Source: Chrysomallon squamiferum
Lineage: Eukaryota > Animalia > Mollusca
Length of the DNA: 64,000 nt
Assembly: GCA_012295275.1 (NCBI GenBank)
Contig: CM022679.1
Span: forward strand, 28,830,001-28,894,000
Direction: 5' to 3'
The notes under the pieces are model-generated. The model had not been told where the DNA came from, made no database searches, and worked only from the letters and a program-made list of their open reading frames with translations. Position numbers and translations under genes: made by a program. Shown piece by piece: positions 1-12,700 of the stretch (positions are counted from its first letter, which is position 1; each line of letters begins with the position of its first letter).

Positions 1-137
1 ACAGATGCCAGTTACCATTCACTTGCATCTTAAACACTTTACATCTCTACACTTGAATCAGCCACAAAAACCACATATCGTTGGGTTCCGAGTAATATAT
101 AAAAATTATGACATTACATATATAAAGTTCTGTATAC

Positions 138-2667
138 CTCAGGTAAAGACAGCTGCAGGTCAGTTTTCTGGGCCAACAAATCATCAAGAGATTCAAAATA
201 GCCTTTCTCAACAGCCAGAAATGCCTGGATGATAAAAAATATAAATAAAAATAAAATCTGCACACGCAAAGACACACACACACACACACAAACATTATTG
301 GTTATGGGACAATAATGTAACAAGTGATAATTTTTCAATCTGTGTAAAAAAGGTTTCATAACTGCTGTTTGTTTAAAGTAATTAAATATATAGGACTGAG
401 ATTGTATATTTCTTTTCTTGTAAAGAAACAGGTGAACTGTTTTTGATAAACATTTATGTGTTATTGAAATAATTAAGTTTTACTGATATATTATTTGTAA
501 GAAGAAAGAAATCTAGAAATTCTTTAAAGTTTAGCTTCAAAATTTTTTTATCTGAAAAGGCTGGGAACTGGAAGTATTTCAGATTTCAGAGTATACAGAG
601 ACAGGCAGAGAACAGGATCTAAGTCTACTTATGAATTCCATTTATATTTTATATACAGCGTAATAAATAGTTTGCACATAATTTTGTGCATAAAATAAAA
701 TGCCACTATTTCTGCTGTTCACAGGTTTCAAATTTTGGAGTTTGTTTGGATTTCTGAATTTCGGATAAGGGATCTTCCACCTTTAATAAAAAAAATGTTC
801 TTAAAAAAAGAGATTTAAAAAATAAACAACAGCTATTACCTGATGAAGAACATCTTTTATTTCTTCATCACTTTTCTTTTCATGAAGCTGTCCAAAGAGA
901 AGTTCAGCTGGCATTCTTTGTGCTGCAAAATTAGCCACTTTATTTCCCTTGTGACCATCAAACACTCCATAGAGAAAACAGCCATCAAAAGGTCTAAAAA
1001 GAAATATTGACTAATTATTATTATTATTTTATTTTATCAAATAGCCTAATATAAAATTAATAGTGTTTTGCTTTGAAAGATTTAAAAAACAAAAATAAAA
1101 GGACTGTAAGAATATGAAAATATGAAAATGTTTTTTAAGAGAATAATAATATGTAATCAGTAATGTAAATTAAATTTCTCTAAAATGAACAAATGAAAAC
1201 ATTTACTTATCTTTAACATAACTGATACAATATTTTAATAAACTGTTAATTATCTTTAGAAGTGTATTAAGCTGTCTGTGTTAAAAGCACATTAATTCAT
1301 TATGTTTATTGTTTATTTTATATTCTAAGAATATATTAAGCATTGGTCAAGAAAATCAGAAACTCCAGAAATCCAGGTCATATCCAGATCCAAGATAAAG
1401 TGGATAAAGTGTCTGATACCTGTTCCACTTAGTAAACATCAGCATAGATGAATGAATAAATCCAACATACTTTAAAGTTAAATCTTAACAGCTAATTGTA
1501 ATTTGAGTTTCATCACACTGAATTAAAGCACACATATACACACAGTAAAAAAAAAAAAAATTAGCAGAAAAGTTTTAAAGATGCAAGTTACTAAAATGGT
1601 AAGGAATAATTAGCAATAAAGCAGCTCTATACTCCATTATTAAAAAAAACACAAAACAAAAAACATTTAAATTATGACAAAATACACATTTTTTCTAGTC
1701 CTGTTAAATAAAAACAAAAGAACAAAACAAATGTCAGTTTACTGATATATTATAAAAGTTTACATTCTTCAGTTACCTGAAATGAAAACTTTTGTCTTCA
1801 AATTCATGTTCCTCCAGTCGGTTGCCATCTTCTCTATAAATCTGATTGGTTGAGAAGCCAAGTCCTGACAAATAACACACAGGAAGATCGTCAGTCCAAC
1901 TCAAAGCATGTCCCTGCAATTATTTCTTTTTATGTAACTTGCCATTTAGCTACAAATTCTGACAGAAGCAATTTCTATAATCACCTCACTGCATGGATGT
2001 TAGGAATAAAAAATTCATTATAAAATTCCTAACTTCAGTTTTACCTTGTCAAAACAACCAAGTCAAACTTATAATCATACTGAAGTTCATCATGAGTTAT
2101 ATATTCACTATAATAACAATCCTTTTTCTGAAATGTGCATCATGTTGGCGGAAAAATAAAATTACTGTTAAACTGAAGTCTGACAAATTAAATTTACTTG
2201 GCATTATCATTATAATTGATCTCTTTAATATGATACTAGTAATGAAGAATGAACAAACACAAAATATGAGCAACAAAAAGATGGGGGAATAACAACAAGT
2301 CGAAAAACAGCTGAGGGATATAGTTATTACAGCGTAAATCTAAACTGCAAGTTTTACCATTTATCAAAATAAGTGGGGAGAAAAGTCTTATAATAAAGGC
2401 TGGATACATATTTTATAGATGAATTGGCAATAGATACTGTATAATGTGTATTTATGACGTAAAACTACATTGCCTTCAAAAGTAATGTACTGAAGCCTAA
2501 TTTTTAAGTTTAATTTAATGGTGAATATATTTACGATGGATATAAACTAAAGAATTCATGTCTCAGTTGAGTCAATGTTTATTAAGTTAGAGTATTAAAA
2601 TTACCTGCACACCAAGAAGTGGAGGAACATGCTTTTCTGATCCATTTGTCAACTCACTGTCTGTCAT
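138..2667 (-). CDS. TAB1: TGF-beta-activated kinase 1 and MAP3K7-binding protein 1 (PP2C-like pseudophosphatase), 5' part; gene continues past the left edge
   Basis: GT-AG exons 2667-2605, 1913-1777, 993-840 and 224-138 join in frame: MTDSELTNGSEKHVPPLLGVQ-GHALSWTDDLPVCYLSGLGFSTNQIYREDG...PFDGCFLYGVFDGHKGNKVANFAAQRMPAELLFGQL...AFLAVEKGYFESLDDLLAQKTDLQLSLPE. This matches the TAB1 hallmarks SWTDDLP.C.LSG, FLYGVF.G..G and LQ..LPE. Confidence 0.93.
548..782 (+). mobile_element. Decayed TcMar-Tigger (Tigger4/Zombi/MER46-like) MITE in a TAB1 intron
   Basis: The left end TTATCTGAAAAGGCTGGGAACTGGAAGTATTTCAGATTTC, internal ATAATTTTGTGCAT and right end TTTTGGAG...TTTCGGATAAGGGATCTTCCACCT resemble the Tigger4/MER46 consensus as I recall it. 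Confidence 0.55.
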
Positions 2668-2689
2668 TGTTTGTACATCTTAAAGTGCA

Positions 2690-2900
2690 TATGACATAAA
2701 AACACCGAAAAAAATAGACTTGATTTAATGTTTTGAAATCGGAAGTATTTGTTCCATTTGTTATAGTTATCTCCCCATTAATAAATATCGATGTTGCTAT
2801 TCGGCCGAATTCGGGTCTATTCGAAGCACAACATTTTGTCATCCGAAAATTAACGGAAATGTTCCAATACTGATGTGCTCTACAGTTTCATCATGTTTGT
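2690..2900. promoter_or_regulatory. Bidirectional promoter region of TAB1/LYRM1
   Basis: CpG-enriched patch between divergent start codons (2667 on -, 3526 on +), with ETS-like CGGAAGT (~2740) and CGGAAAT (~2854). Confidence 0.55.
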
Positions 2901-3525
2901 TGTCATGCTGTATCTACTGTATAAATAATTAATTTTTCACAGTTTGTCTACAGTATCAGGCAAACAATAGCCATATTTTGCACAATGGATACAAAGAACT
3001 CGGAACAGTAAAAATAGTAAAGCATTAAAACTTTAATAGATAGTTTTAGGCCGTGTTAAATTATATCACTGTTTCTGGTTCTCCCTCGTACTTGGCACAA
3101 CTATAAACTGTACTGTTACTGTTATTATAGAATGTAATTAACGTTATACAGTAATGCAGCACTTTCCCCGCTTGCAAATTGTAACTTATGAAGTTTACAA
3201 AAAATGTGACAAACAACGATGATATTGATGGTGTAATACTAATTATTTTTTCTTAATAATTAAAACTTTTTATTTTGTATTAAATTAAATCTCTCTGTAT
3301 AACGTTGTTGCACAATGAAAGTTAAATGTAGTTAATTTAAAATAAAAAATTAACAAATATATGAATACACAAGCATACGTACATAATTTTTTTTTTTTTT
3401 TTTTTTTTTTTTTAGTGTTGATTGTTTGGGTTTTTTCTTCACGAAATGATCATTGTATTTTGCATATATTTATATTATTATATTTGCAGTTGATTTTCTG
3501 AGGTAACATACATTTCAAAGTAACC

Positions 3526-4714
3526 ATGGCTTCTTCAAAGCAGCAGGTGCTGTCATTATATCGACGAATATTCCGTATGGCAAAGTCTTGGCAGGCCTTT
3601 TCTGGAGATATTAAAGAAACAACTGATGAGAGGAACTACATTGTGTCTGAAGCTAGAACTCTGTTTAGGAAACACAAAGAGGTTAATATACACTCACACA
3701 CACATACACAGAAAAAGAGAGAATTTCATGAAGTTTCTATAGTAAAGCTCTAAATTTCCTGTTCCTGCCTATTATATCAGAGTATATTGTATATTATTTT
3801 TTTTATGTCAGTGTAAATGTATGTTGCCAGTAAATAATTGCAATATGTCACATATTTAATTAATATACTTTCACTGAATAATCATTAATATTAACATGCA
3901 TAATTTGCATACAGTCAATGATTTATTTGCTGTTGTCTGTTTAAATAATTCATTTTGTATTAGTACTTTTCTGTACCTCAAGTTTTGCAAATACAAATTC
4001 TGGATTAATGATTCCATATTTTACTTAATACAAAACTAGCCAGTTACATTGAAATCACTGGAAATCATACTGTTTATAATGTAGTACAATTTGTATACGC
4101 CTCGCATCGCTATATCAGTATATGTGAACACAGTTAAAGATATTTGAATTTCTCTACACCTTCTCCAAAAGATAAAGAAGAAATTTTCTGTACATCTGTA
4201 AACTAAGGTGTATCTAATATAGATACAGAAATATAAAAAGTATAGACTGAGCAAGCAGCTGCATGGAGGATTGTTCGTGACTTGACAGCGCAAATCAAAA
4301 CTAACTGAATAATCAGCTCTAATTTATCATGTGAGAAATTTGGAAACCAAAAAAATGGTGAGAGTAATAAATTTATGTAATTAAAATTATTTTTATTTTT
4401 ATTTAACTGTAGGTGACTGATGAAATAGAAATCAAGGAATTTATTCGTGAAGCTGAAGCCAGAATTGAATTAGGTGTGAGAAGATTTTTAAAATAGTCAC
4501 AAAACTGAAGTTTAATTTTATATATGAAAATATTATCAGATACAGAAAAAGCAATTAAAAAATAATAATCAGACTTTGCAATTAATAATTAAGAATATTA
4601 ATTTCTCTCTAAGAATAAACTTGAGTCCAGTAATAAGAGATTTTCCATTTTTAATTAATTATCTGTTGTGAATGTGGATTTCTTAAGGGCTTGATTCCAC
4701 CAATAAATCGGTAG

Positions 4715-4749
<35 letters not shown>

Positions 4750-5490
4750 GAATCAGATATATTTAAGTCTTCTGTATTTTTATTCACATTTTATCCTTTT
4801 GCAGCTCTTCATTATAAAAATCCATACCCAAGGCCTGTAAGTATTCATGATTTAACTTACTAATATGTGTATATATATACAGTAAATGAAAAACAATCAT
4901 TTTAATACATATTATTGCACAAAGTGATATTTTAATTCTTTTGACTACTTTTTTTTATTTTTATTTTGTTTTATTTTAAGTATCTGTATGTCATAGGGAA
5001 ATTGTATTTGGGTCTATTTTTTTATTCTGATTGAAGGAATTTATAACTAATGTCAGTAGCAGCAGAATAAATTCATTTAGATGTTTCTCTTTCTCTAAGG
5101 ACATTTTCTTCTTTATTTTTCTAAATCAAGCAACCAAAGTCATGCTTATATTTATGGAAGTTGTTGCCATTGTTTTATTTTACTTTGTATAAATGTGTTT
5201 ATTTATTTGTTTATTACATAAAAAGTGAATAAATTTTGCAAATCCAGTTTAAATATAATGGACAAGCTTAATCATTTTTATCCTTAATTAAATATGTTAT
5301 GTTGTTAAATGAATGATATATAAAACAGCACAACTGCTAGTAATAAAATATTGTTTTGTTGTTTTTTCAGATGAATATTCCTCAAAACACATTACCATTC
5401 ACTGGCCCCAAATTCAAGAAATCTCAGAAAACAGCCATGAAACAATCAAGGCCAATTTATCTCAAGTCTTATGAAGAAACTGACAGATGA
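3526..5490 (+). CDS. LYRM1: LYR motif-containing protein 1
   Basis: Exons 3526-3681, 4413-4473, 4805-4836 and 5371-5490 join in frame: MASSKQQVLSLYRRIFRMAKSWQAFSG...EARTLFRKHKE-VTD...EARIELALHYKNPYPRP-MNIPQ...QSRPIYLKSYEETDR*. Contains the LYR motif and the LYRM1-specific HY..PYPRP and P.YL.S motifs. Confidence 0.95.
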
Positions 5491-5552
5491 TAAATATATT
5501 ATTCTTGTAATTTTTTTCTTACTAATATTTTTTTTTATTGTTATTTTATATA

Positions 5553-5588
<36 letters not shown>

Positions 5589-5914
5589 TGAAAGTACTGT
5601 ATATTAAAACCAAAAAAAAGGTTTGATTTCAAGTTAGCATCAAATTTGTTTACTCTAAATTCATAAGATGAAAATAAAACTGTAACTTAATTTTTAAGTT
5701 GATCCCAAATGAAATAAAAAGTATTTTAGAAGCACATAGTTCTTGTTGTATTTTTCTTAAACGCACAATATTAGCTTTAATTAATAACAAAGTAAAAATG
5801 AAGCTAAATTATTCAAGCCATTAATTTTCCTTAAATTAGTAATATCCTTTTTTTATAATTTAAACTGCTAGCCATTATATCTGTATAATTATACCTATAT
5901 TAAATTTAAAAATT

Positions 5915-6165
5915 ATAGTTCATCAATTATCCGGACTCCTTGAGGCATATAAATACGTAAATATTTAGGCATTAACATTTTAAAATTAAAAACATAAACA
6001 AAATTGACTATACACAACTGTGGCGACTCGACACGTAAACATTGCGGCGAGTGAATGAACGGCACGCGGCTTGAAAGAGTAGTTCCGGTCTGGTGAGGAC
6101 AACATCCGCACGTCGGGGAAAAAAGTCTGGTTTTCTGAAATTTACGGATAATTGGTCCGGTTGTA
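5915..6165. mobile_element. Probable small Tc1/mariner-type MITE remnant
   Basis: CpG-rich island bounded by inverted CAATTATCCG (~5923) and CGGATAATTG (~6145), ending in ...GTTGTA. Confidence 0.35.
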
Positions 6166-6175
6166 TTTAAAAAAC

Positions 6176-6470
<295 letters not shown>

Positions 6471-6710
6471 TATAAGTTTTATTATTATTATTATTATAAC
6501 TTTGGATGTTATTAACCATTATCTGGATGATTCTTAAGAAAATATATATATTTTGCGTTGTTTTTTTAAAAAGAAAATGTGATGGATAACTGATGTCCGA
6601 GATACTGACTGATGTTGTTTTTAAAAAACGAGGAGAAAGTCTAGTTCAGATCAATGATTATATTTTCGTTTGGCATTTACCTCCCCTTGTACTGACGTTT
6701 GTGCGTGTTG

Positions 6711-6722
6711 AGCAGCCATTTT
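6711..6722. promoter_or_regulatory. YY1-type motif AGCAGCCATTTT in the LUC7L promoter/5'UTR
   Basis: The same 12-mer occurs at the NDE1 promoter (61748-61759); its reverse complement AAAATGGCTGCT fits the YY1 consensus. Confidence 0.5.
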
Positions 6723-6784
6723 GAAAGTGTTCGTAGTCTGATTCATGTTGTAGCATTTATTGTATCTTTGTGACATATTTCACA

Positions 6785-9700
6785 ATGACTGCCCACGATC
6801 AAATTCGGGCTATGCTTGATGAACTTATGGGCACATCTAGAGATGGTAAGTTAAAAGAAAAAGGATCGTTTCGATATTTTAAATGGTGTTTTCCACGTAC
6901 AAGCACTTCAAATATTCTACCATCGCATTAAAATTGTTGAAATGGGATTTTTTGTCATTAGTTTTAAAAATGCTTGAGAATGAACACGGTCAACGTCACC
7001 ATTGAATCGCATTTATTTATGCTATTAGTTTTGAAACATTAAATGATTACTATTTTAAATTTTTCTTATTTTATTGTCACTAGCGTAATTCAACTAATTG
7101 TTACATTGTTAGGATTGTGTAACTATAATAATACTATTACAGTAAAGTAATTGGAATTAAATAAATAATTTCAGGCTTGTAGTACATAGTAATTTCACTG
7201 TATTTCTGTCAAAACAGACTGATAAATACTTGTTTCTGATAAAATTATACAATGAATAATGAATGAATAAAAAATCAAAAACGTTTTATAAAGGATAAGT
7301 AAAAAATATTTTTTAATAGCGTTATGAATTTTGAAACAGTGTTATGCTGCTGGTATATTTGGATTTTTTAAATTATCATTTTATATGTATTTTATTTTTA
7401 ATGTCTACATAATTTTTTTATTATTATTTTTCTTTAATAAACAAAATTTGTTAATTTTTACTCTACTTAATTACAAAATTAAATTCGAAGACGTGTGTAA
7501 GTTCTGATTCAGACATTTAGCATTATAAAGCTGAAACACATTATATTCAGCATATTTTTATTTTATTTATTAAAATTATTTTTAATAAAACTGTTACATT
7601 TACTAAAATAACTTGGAGAAAACAGTTTATTACATAAGATATGTTTTTGAGTATTTTCAGCCCCAGTGTGAATTGCAGTTTTTGAAAATGAAGAATTTGA
7701 AAATAAAACAAATTTAAAAAAAGCAAAAACAAAAAAATTCCCATCTTTTAAGTACATTTGCTGATTTACTCTAGCAAACAGATCTGGTTCAATAATTATG
7801 ATAAATGAACTGCATTGTCTTTTTAAATTTAAATGTTTGAGGTGGCAAAAACAAAAAAGCTAAATAAACATTTTTTAATAAATTTAAACAAAATGTTTTG
7901 TTAAGGAAAGGATGATCAAAAACCAATATATTTAAAGATTCAGATGAATTATTACAAACCATTTTCAAATCATCAGTAATTTATTTTCAATATTGCTTAA
8001 TTTTGTTAAATCTATGAATGTAAATATTTTATTTGCTTATTCAAAAAGAAAACAGAAATCATTGCTTTAAAATGTTTGAAGAACAAATAAGTTTTGGTCA
8101 GAGAAAATGTAACTCTGTTTCAATCTCCCTATTTTCAAGGGAACATTGTAATGCGGGCTTATCCAGAAGGTTAAATGCAAAGGTGGTGAATGACCAAGTC
8201 GTGAGTTGATGAATTTAATATACATAATTATTAACATTTTTCAGTTTTTTATTTTTTTTGTATATGCTGTCATTTGTCCTAAGAAGAGAGGATAATCATT
8301 GCAGTAATCATATTATTCCTGTTTTCAGAAACAAATATGTTAACATTTTATTTTCATTATTTGCATGTTGGCCATAAGCTGCAGTATGTAGGTTAAAATA
8401 AAATTTTACATGAATTTATTCTGCTTGTTAATAAAATGATTTCAGCAGTCTTTTCTTCATTTTTAAGTAACACATATTTAAAAAAAGAAAGAAAAACTGA
8501 ATGTTTTAATTGAGGTAAGATTAATACTAATATTAAACTAAATTTTTTTCACTTGTCCCATGTTGGGTTCGTTGAGGAGGTAGTTTATTTCCAGGTGGGA
8601 GAAAAGAGGTGACTGGTAATTTTCTGTAAGCCAGCTGCATGTAGAGGAAAGACAAGTGAACAGAGCTTGCTCTATTTCGCAGTGTGTATCAAACTCATTA
8701 ACTGAGTTGTACATGTAGTTTATTATTTTGAGGTCATATATTTAATTCTGGGTTCTTACAACATGTACCGTTTGCAGCATAGAAATATTTAATGTCAATG
8801 GTTTATTTTTGTTTGTTTTTTTTTTATTTTTTTTTTTTTTTCAGAAAAATAAATATTCATTTATTTATTTATTTTGAAAATGAAATTTTAAATTAATAGT
8901 AATATACTATAGTGCTTAACAAGTTGCTGAGATCAGTGAATCTTGGTGATTTGAAGCACTCAGACCAGAAGGTGCTATTACAAGTTGCTGTGTTAAGTAA
9001 TTACTGTAAAGAAAACACAGGTCCATAGTTTGGTCTGTTTTCAGGAAAATGTATTTCAAATATAGTACATATTTTCATTACATTGAGTGTATACATGTAT
9101 ATTATGTTTTATGATGATTGGAAAATGTATATATCTGAAGGAAAATTGCAGTTATTTGAAAATAAACAATAAATGAATAATACTAAGAAGATAAAAATTC
9201 ACTAAATTTTCTTTAGATAAATTCAGTAATTGAATATATACCTTTTTTTTTTTTTTCCCAGCTTTACAATTCTGGAATGAATTATTTTATTGTTAAAATT
9301 TGGTGTGTTTGTTGTAGGAGAACCCACCATCCAATTGCAAAACTTTAATCTTTATAATGAATAACTTCTGACAATTTCTGTTAATTACAAATCATGAGAA
9401 AAATTAAATAAAGATTTTATATAATATTTTAAGTAATAGATGAAAACTGCAATTCTTCTTCATTCCCAGTATTAAATGTGATGCTGTTTCGTTATCTTAA
9501 TTGATATTGTTTGGTGCTGTGACTGTTCTAGGAGAAAAAGACAGGTATCGAGTGAAGTTTGATGATCCTCGGGTATGTAAGAGCTTCCTGCTTGGCTGCT
9601 GTCCCCATGATATTCTTGCTAGTACGGTGAGTATTTCTCATAATTAGCCAGCTAGATCTCATTCTTGGAAGAGGGTACGTAATGAATAAACACAGTAATC

Positions 9701-12700
9701 AGTGAAATAATCCTTGTTCTATAACCCAGTCAAATTTAATTGATCATAGCTATTTTAATGTCAGTCTCTTTAAATTAGATATATACTCTTTAATTATTTT
9801 TTTTTTAGGATTAATATTCATCCATTTAATTTAAAAAACTTCAGTAAATTGATATTATATAATTTTATTTTTAATGAAAACAAATTAATGTAAGTTTGAG
9901 TATTTTGTAAACTATGCAGTTAGCCATTAATTTCCAGAAAATTATTTGAAAATATATGAATTTAGGGAAAAGATATTTTAACTATTTAGGCCCTCCATAA
10001 TATATATGTATATATATATGTGTGTGTGTGTGTGTTGTTTTCTTCTTTTTATCTTTGTGTTTGAACATAGAATTGAAAAAAAAAAGTGCTCTTTTAAATT
10101 ATGTCTTCTGTTGATGGGTAGGTTTTTTATTTTTATAAACTTTACATTTACTATTTTTTTTTTATTCATGGATTTTATAGTAAAATCCATTAAGATAGCA
10201 CAATACAAGATGATTTATAAATGTGAATTGATGTTTATACCAATAACATTATAATTATTGGTTAAAATATTCTCTTTTCAGAGGATGGATTTGGGGGAGT
10301 GTTCCAGGATTCATGATTTGGCTCTCAGAGCTGATTATGAACAAGCAGCCAAAAACAAGGATTATTACTACGACATAGATGTAAATATTTAATAGCTTTA
10401 GTGGTTTCTTGTTTACTGTATGATCTGTCCCTGTATTCTTCTCTATCACACACACACACACACACTCTCACACATTTATAAATACATCAATTTTTCATTT
10501 TTTTTTTCTTATCAGGACTTGCTTTGGTTCAGTTTTACAAATGATTAATTGATGGTTTACTGTTTGTGCATACAGAAATGAGATTTTTCAATGTATTCAC
10601 AGGCAATGGAGCATTTGCTGAGCTTCATTGGTGAATGTGACAGAAAAACAGAACTTGCAAAACGAAGGTTGAAAGAAACCCAAGAGGAGCTTAGTGAGGA
10701 AGCCAATGCAAAGGTAAACCAAAAATATTTACGAAAAAGTTCATTTATATTTATATTTATACTGAATTTTATTTATTACTATCTGCAATAATTTGTACAG
10801 TTATTTTGCAAATGATTTGTTTTAAACATAGATGATAATAAAAAAAAGTGGACTGGTGTTAAGTAATTGTATGATTTGTTTATCAGGCAGAAATGATACA
10901 CCAGCTAGGAGAGCAGATGGGGACTAAACTGGCGAAGGCTGAACTGGCAGGTGCACAAGGTTTGGTGGAAGAGTCACTGAAACTAATGAAGGAGGTTGAG
11001 GATCTGAAAGTGAAAAAAAGTCTTGCTGAGGTCAGTGTTTTGTAGTAGAGTTCTCCAAAAATATTACTGATAAATCTTTTTCGTATCGAGTTAATTGTTG
11101 CTTGATTAGACAGTTTTTTTTAAGTTGTCCTGTACCTCTTTTTGTTTTGTTCTGGTAATTTGAACTTTTATAAATAAATAAGAATAATGAGGGTTTTTTG
11201 GCTAACAAATTTATTTTTATTTATTTGTTTTTTTAAACAGACTGAATTTCGCAATTCTATGCCAGCCTCCAGTTATCAACAGCAGAAACTGCGGGTTTGT
11301 GAGGTGTGTGGGGCGTATCTCGGGATACACGACAATGACCGACGATTGGCTGATCATTTTGGTGGCAAGTTGCATCTAGGTTTCATCACCATCAGGGAAA
11401 AACTGGAGGACTTAAAGGTAATTTACCACATGTTGCATTTAAGAATTAAAATAATAATAAAATAAATTGCAGTAACATTTTCAGACTGGGAGAATAGAAA
11501 AGTATTTTATGATGAATAAATACTTACAGATGTATTTTGAATTGACCAGTGTTTAATATATTCTTTTTACAATTGTGTACAGTAAATGTTTTTTCTTTCT
11601 TTTGATAATGCTAAACAGGTTCCAGTTAACTGTTCAGTTTAACTTTTAATCAGACATAACAAATGTAGCAAGATTATCATTTCTTACCTTTTTCCAAATA
11701 AGATAATAAAGATATCCTTGTTTTCATGTTGTTTAAAAACAAATACAAAATGAAATTTTGTGTGTGCAGCAACTCGTCGCTGACAGGAAGAGTCAGCGAG
11801 AAAAGGAGCGCTGAGGAGATGAGGAAAGAGCGAGACGAGCGTCTGGCAGCTCGTGAAAAAGATGAGGAGGTTCACCGCAGCAGCAAAGCGAGAACTCGCA
11901 GTCTGAGCAGAGAAAAACGTCGTAGGAGTAGGAGCAAGAGTAGGAGGTAATTTGAAATGTCTGATAGTTTTCTTTCAGGTTTTCGTTACAAAGAGTATGT
12001 TTATAAGTTATTTTGCAAATAAAAGATGATGAAAAAAGAAAAACAAAAAAAAAGGCACGTGTGTGTATGTATATGTTTGTATTTATAAGTTATCTGTTAC
12101 TTTAGTTAATGATGCTAGTTAATATAATCTTGTGTGTTTCTGTTTGTAGGTCAAGATCTCGCTCACGAGAAAGGCGGTCCAAGAAGCGATCCAGACGCTC
12201 TAGGTCACGATCAAGAAGGTCCAGGTCAAGATCACATCGAAGGTAAGTACAGTTATTTATTTTCTTTTGAATTTACACTCCAGAATCTCAGAAACATACA
12301 CACAACTTTGATATTTGTTAGGTACAAAACACAAAAATTGTGCAATTTGGGCTGTTAGATGGCTGCATTTTTTTTTTTTTTTTTTTTTTTTATTTTTCTT
12401 ATATTTATTTCATATTATTTTTTAATTTTTTTTTTTGTTTGTTTAATTTTTTTTATTATTATTATTATTGTTTTTTTTTTTATTATAAACATTCTTATTT
12501 TAATACTACCAGGTTTTAAGGGGAACATTTTTATTAAAAAATTTTTTTTTTAATAGTTTGATTCAGCTTATCTGAATTAATAATTTTTATTTTAACCAAA
12601 AGCAACTCCCAAGCAAGTGAACTCTGAGTATTTATTCCCATTTCTTATTTACCTTGTTTAAAAATAAATGAAGAAAGCATTAAAACTAGGCACTGGCACT

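Noticed and set aside
9111-9138. C box (ATGATGA) and D box (CTGA) in LUC7L intron 1
   Set aside because: Under 30 nt apart with no terminal stem; too short for a C/D snoRNA.
11812-11814. A-to-I editing or readthrough rescuing the LUC7L TGA
   Set aside because: Staying in that frame hits another TGA 14 codons later and never reaches the RS frame; only a frame change works.
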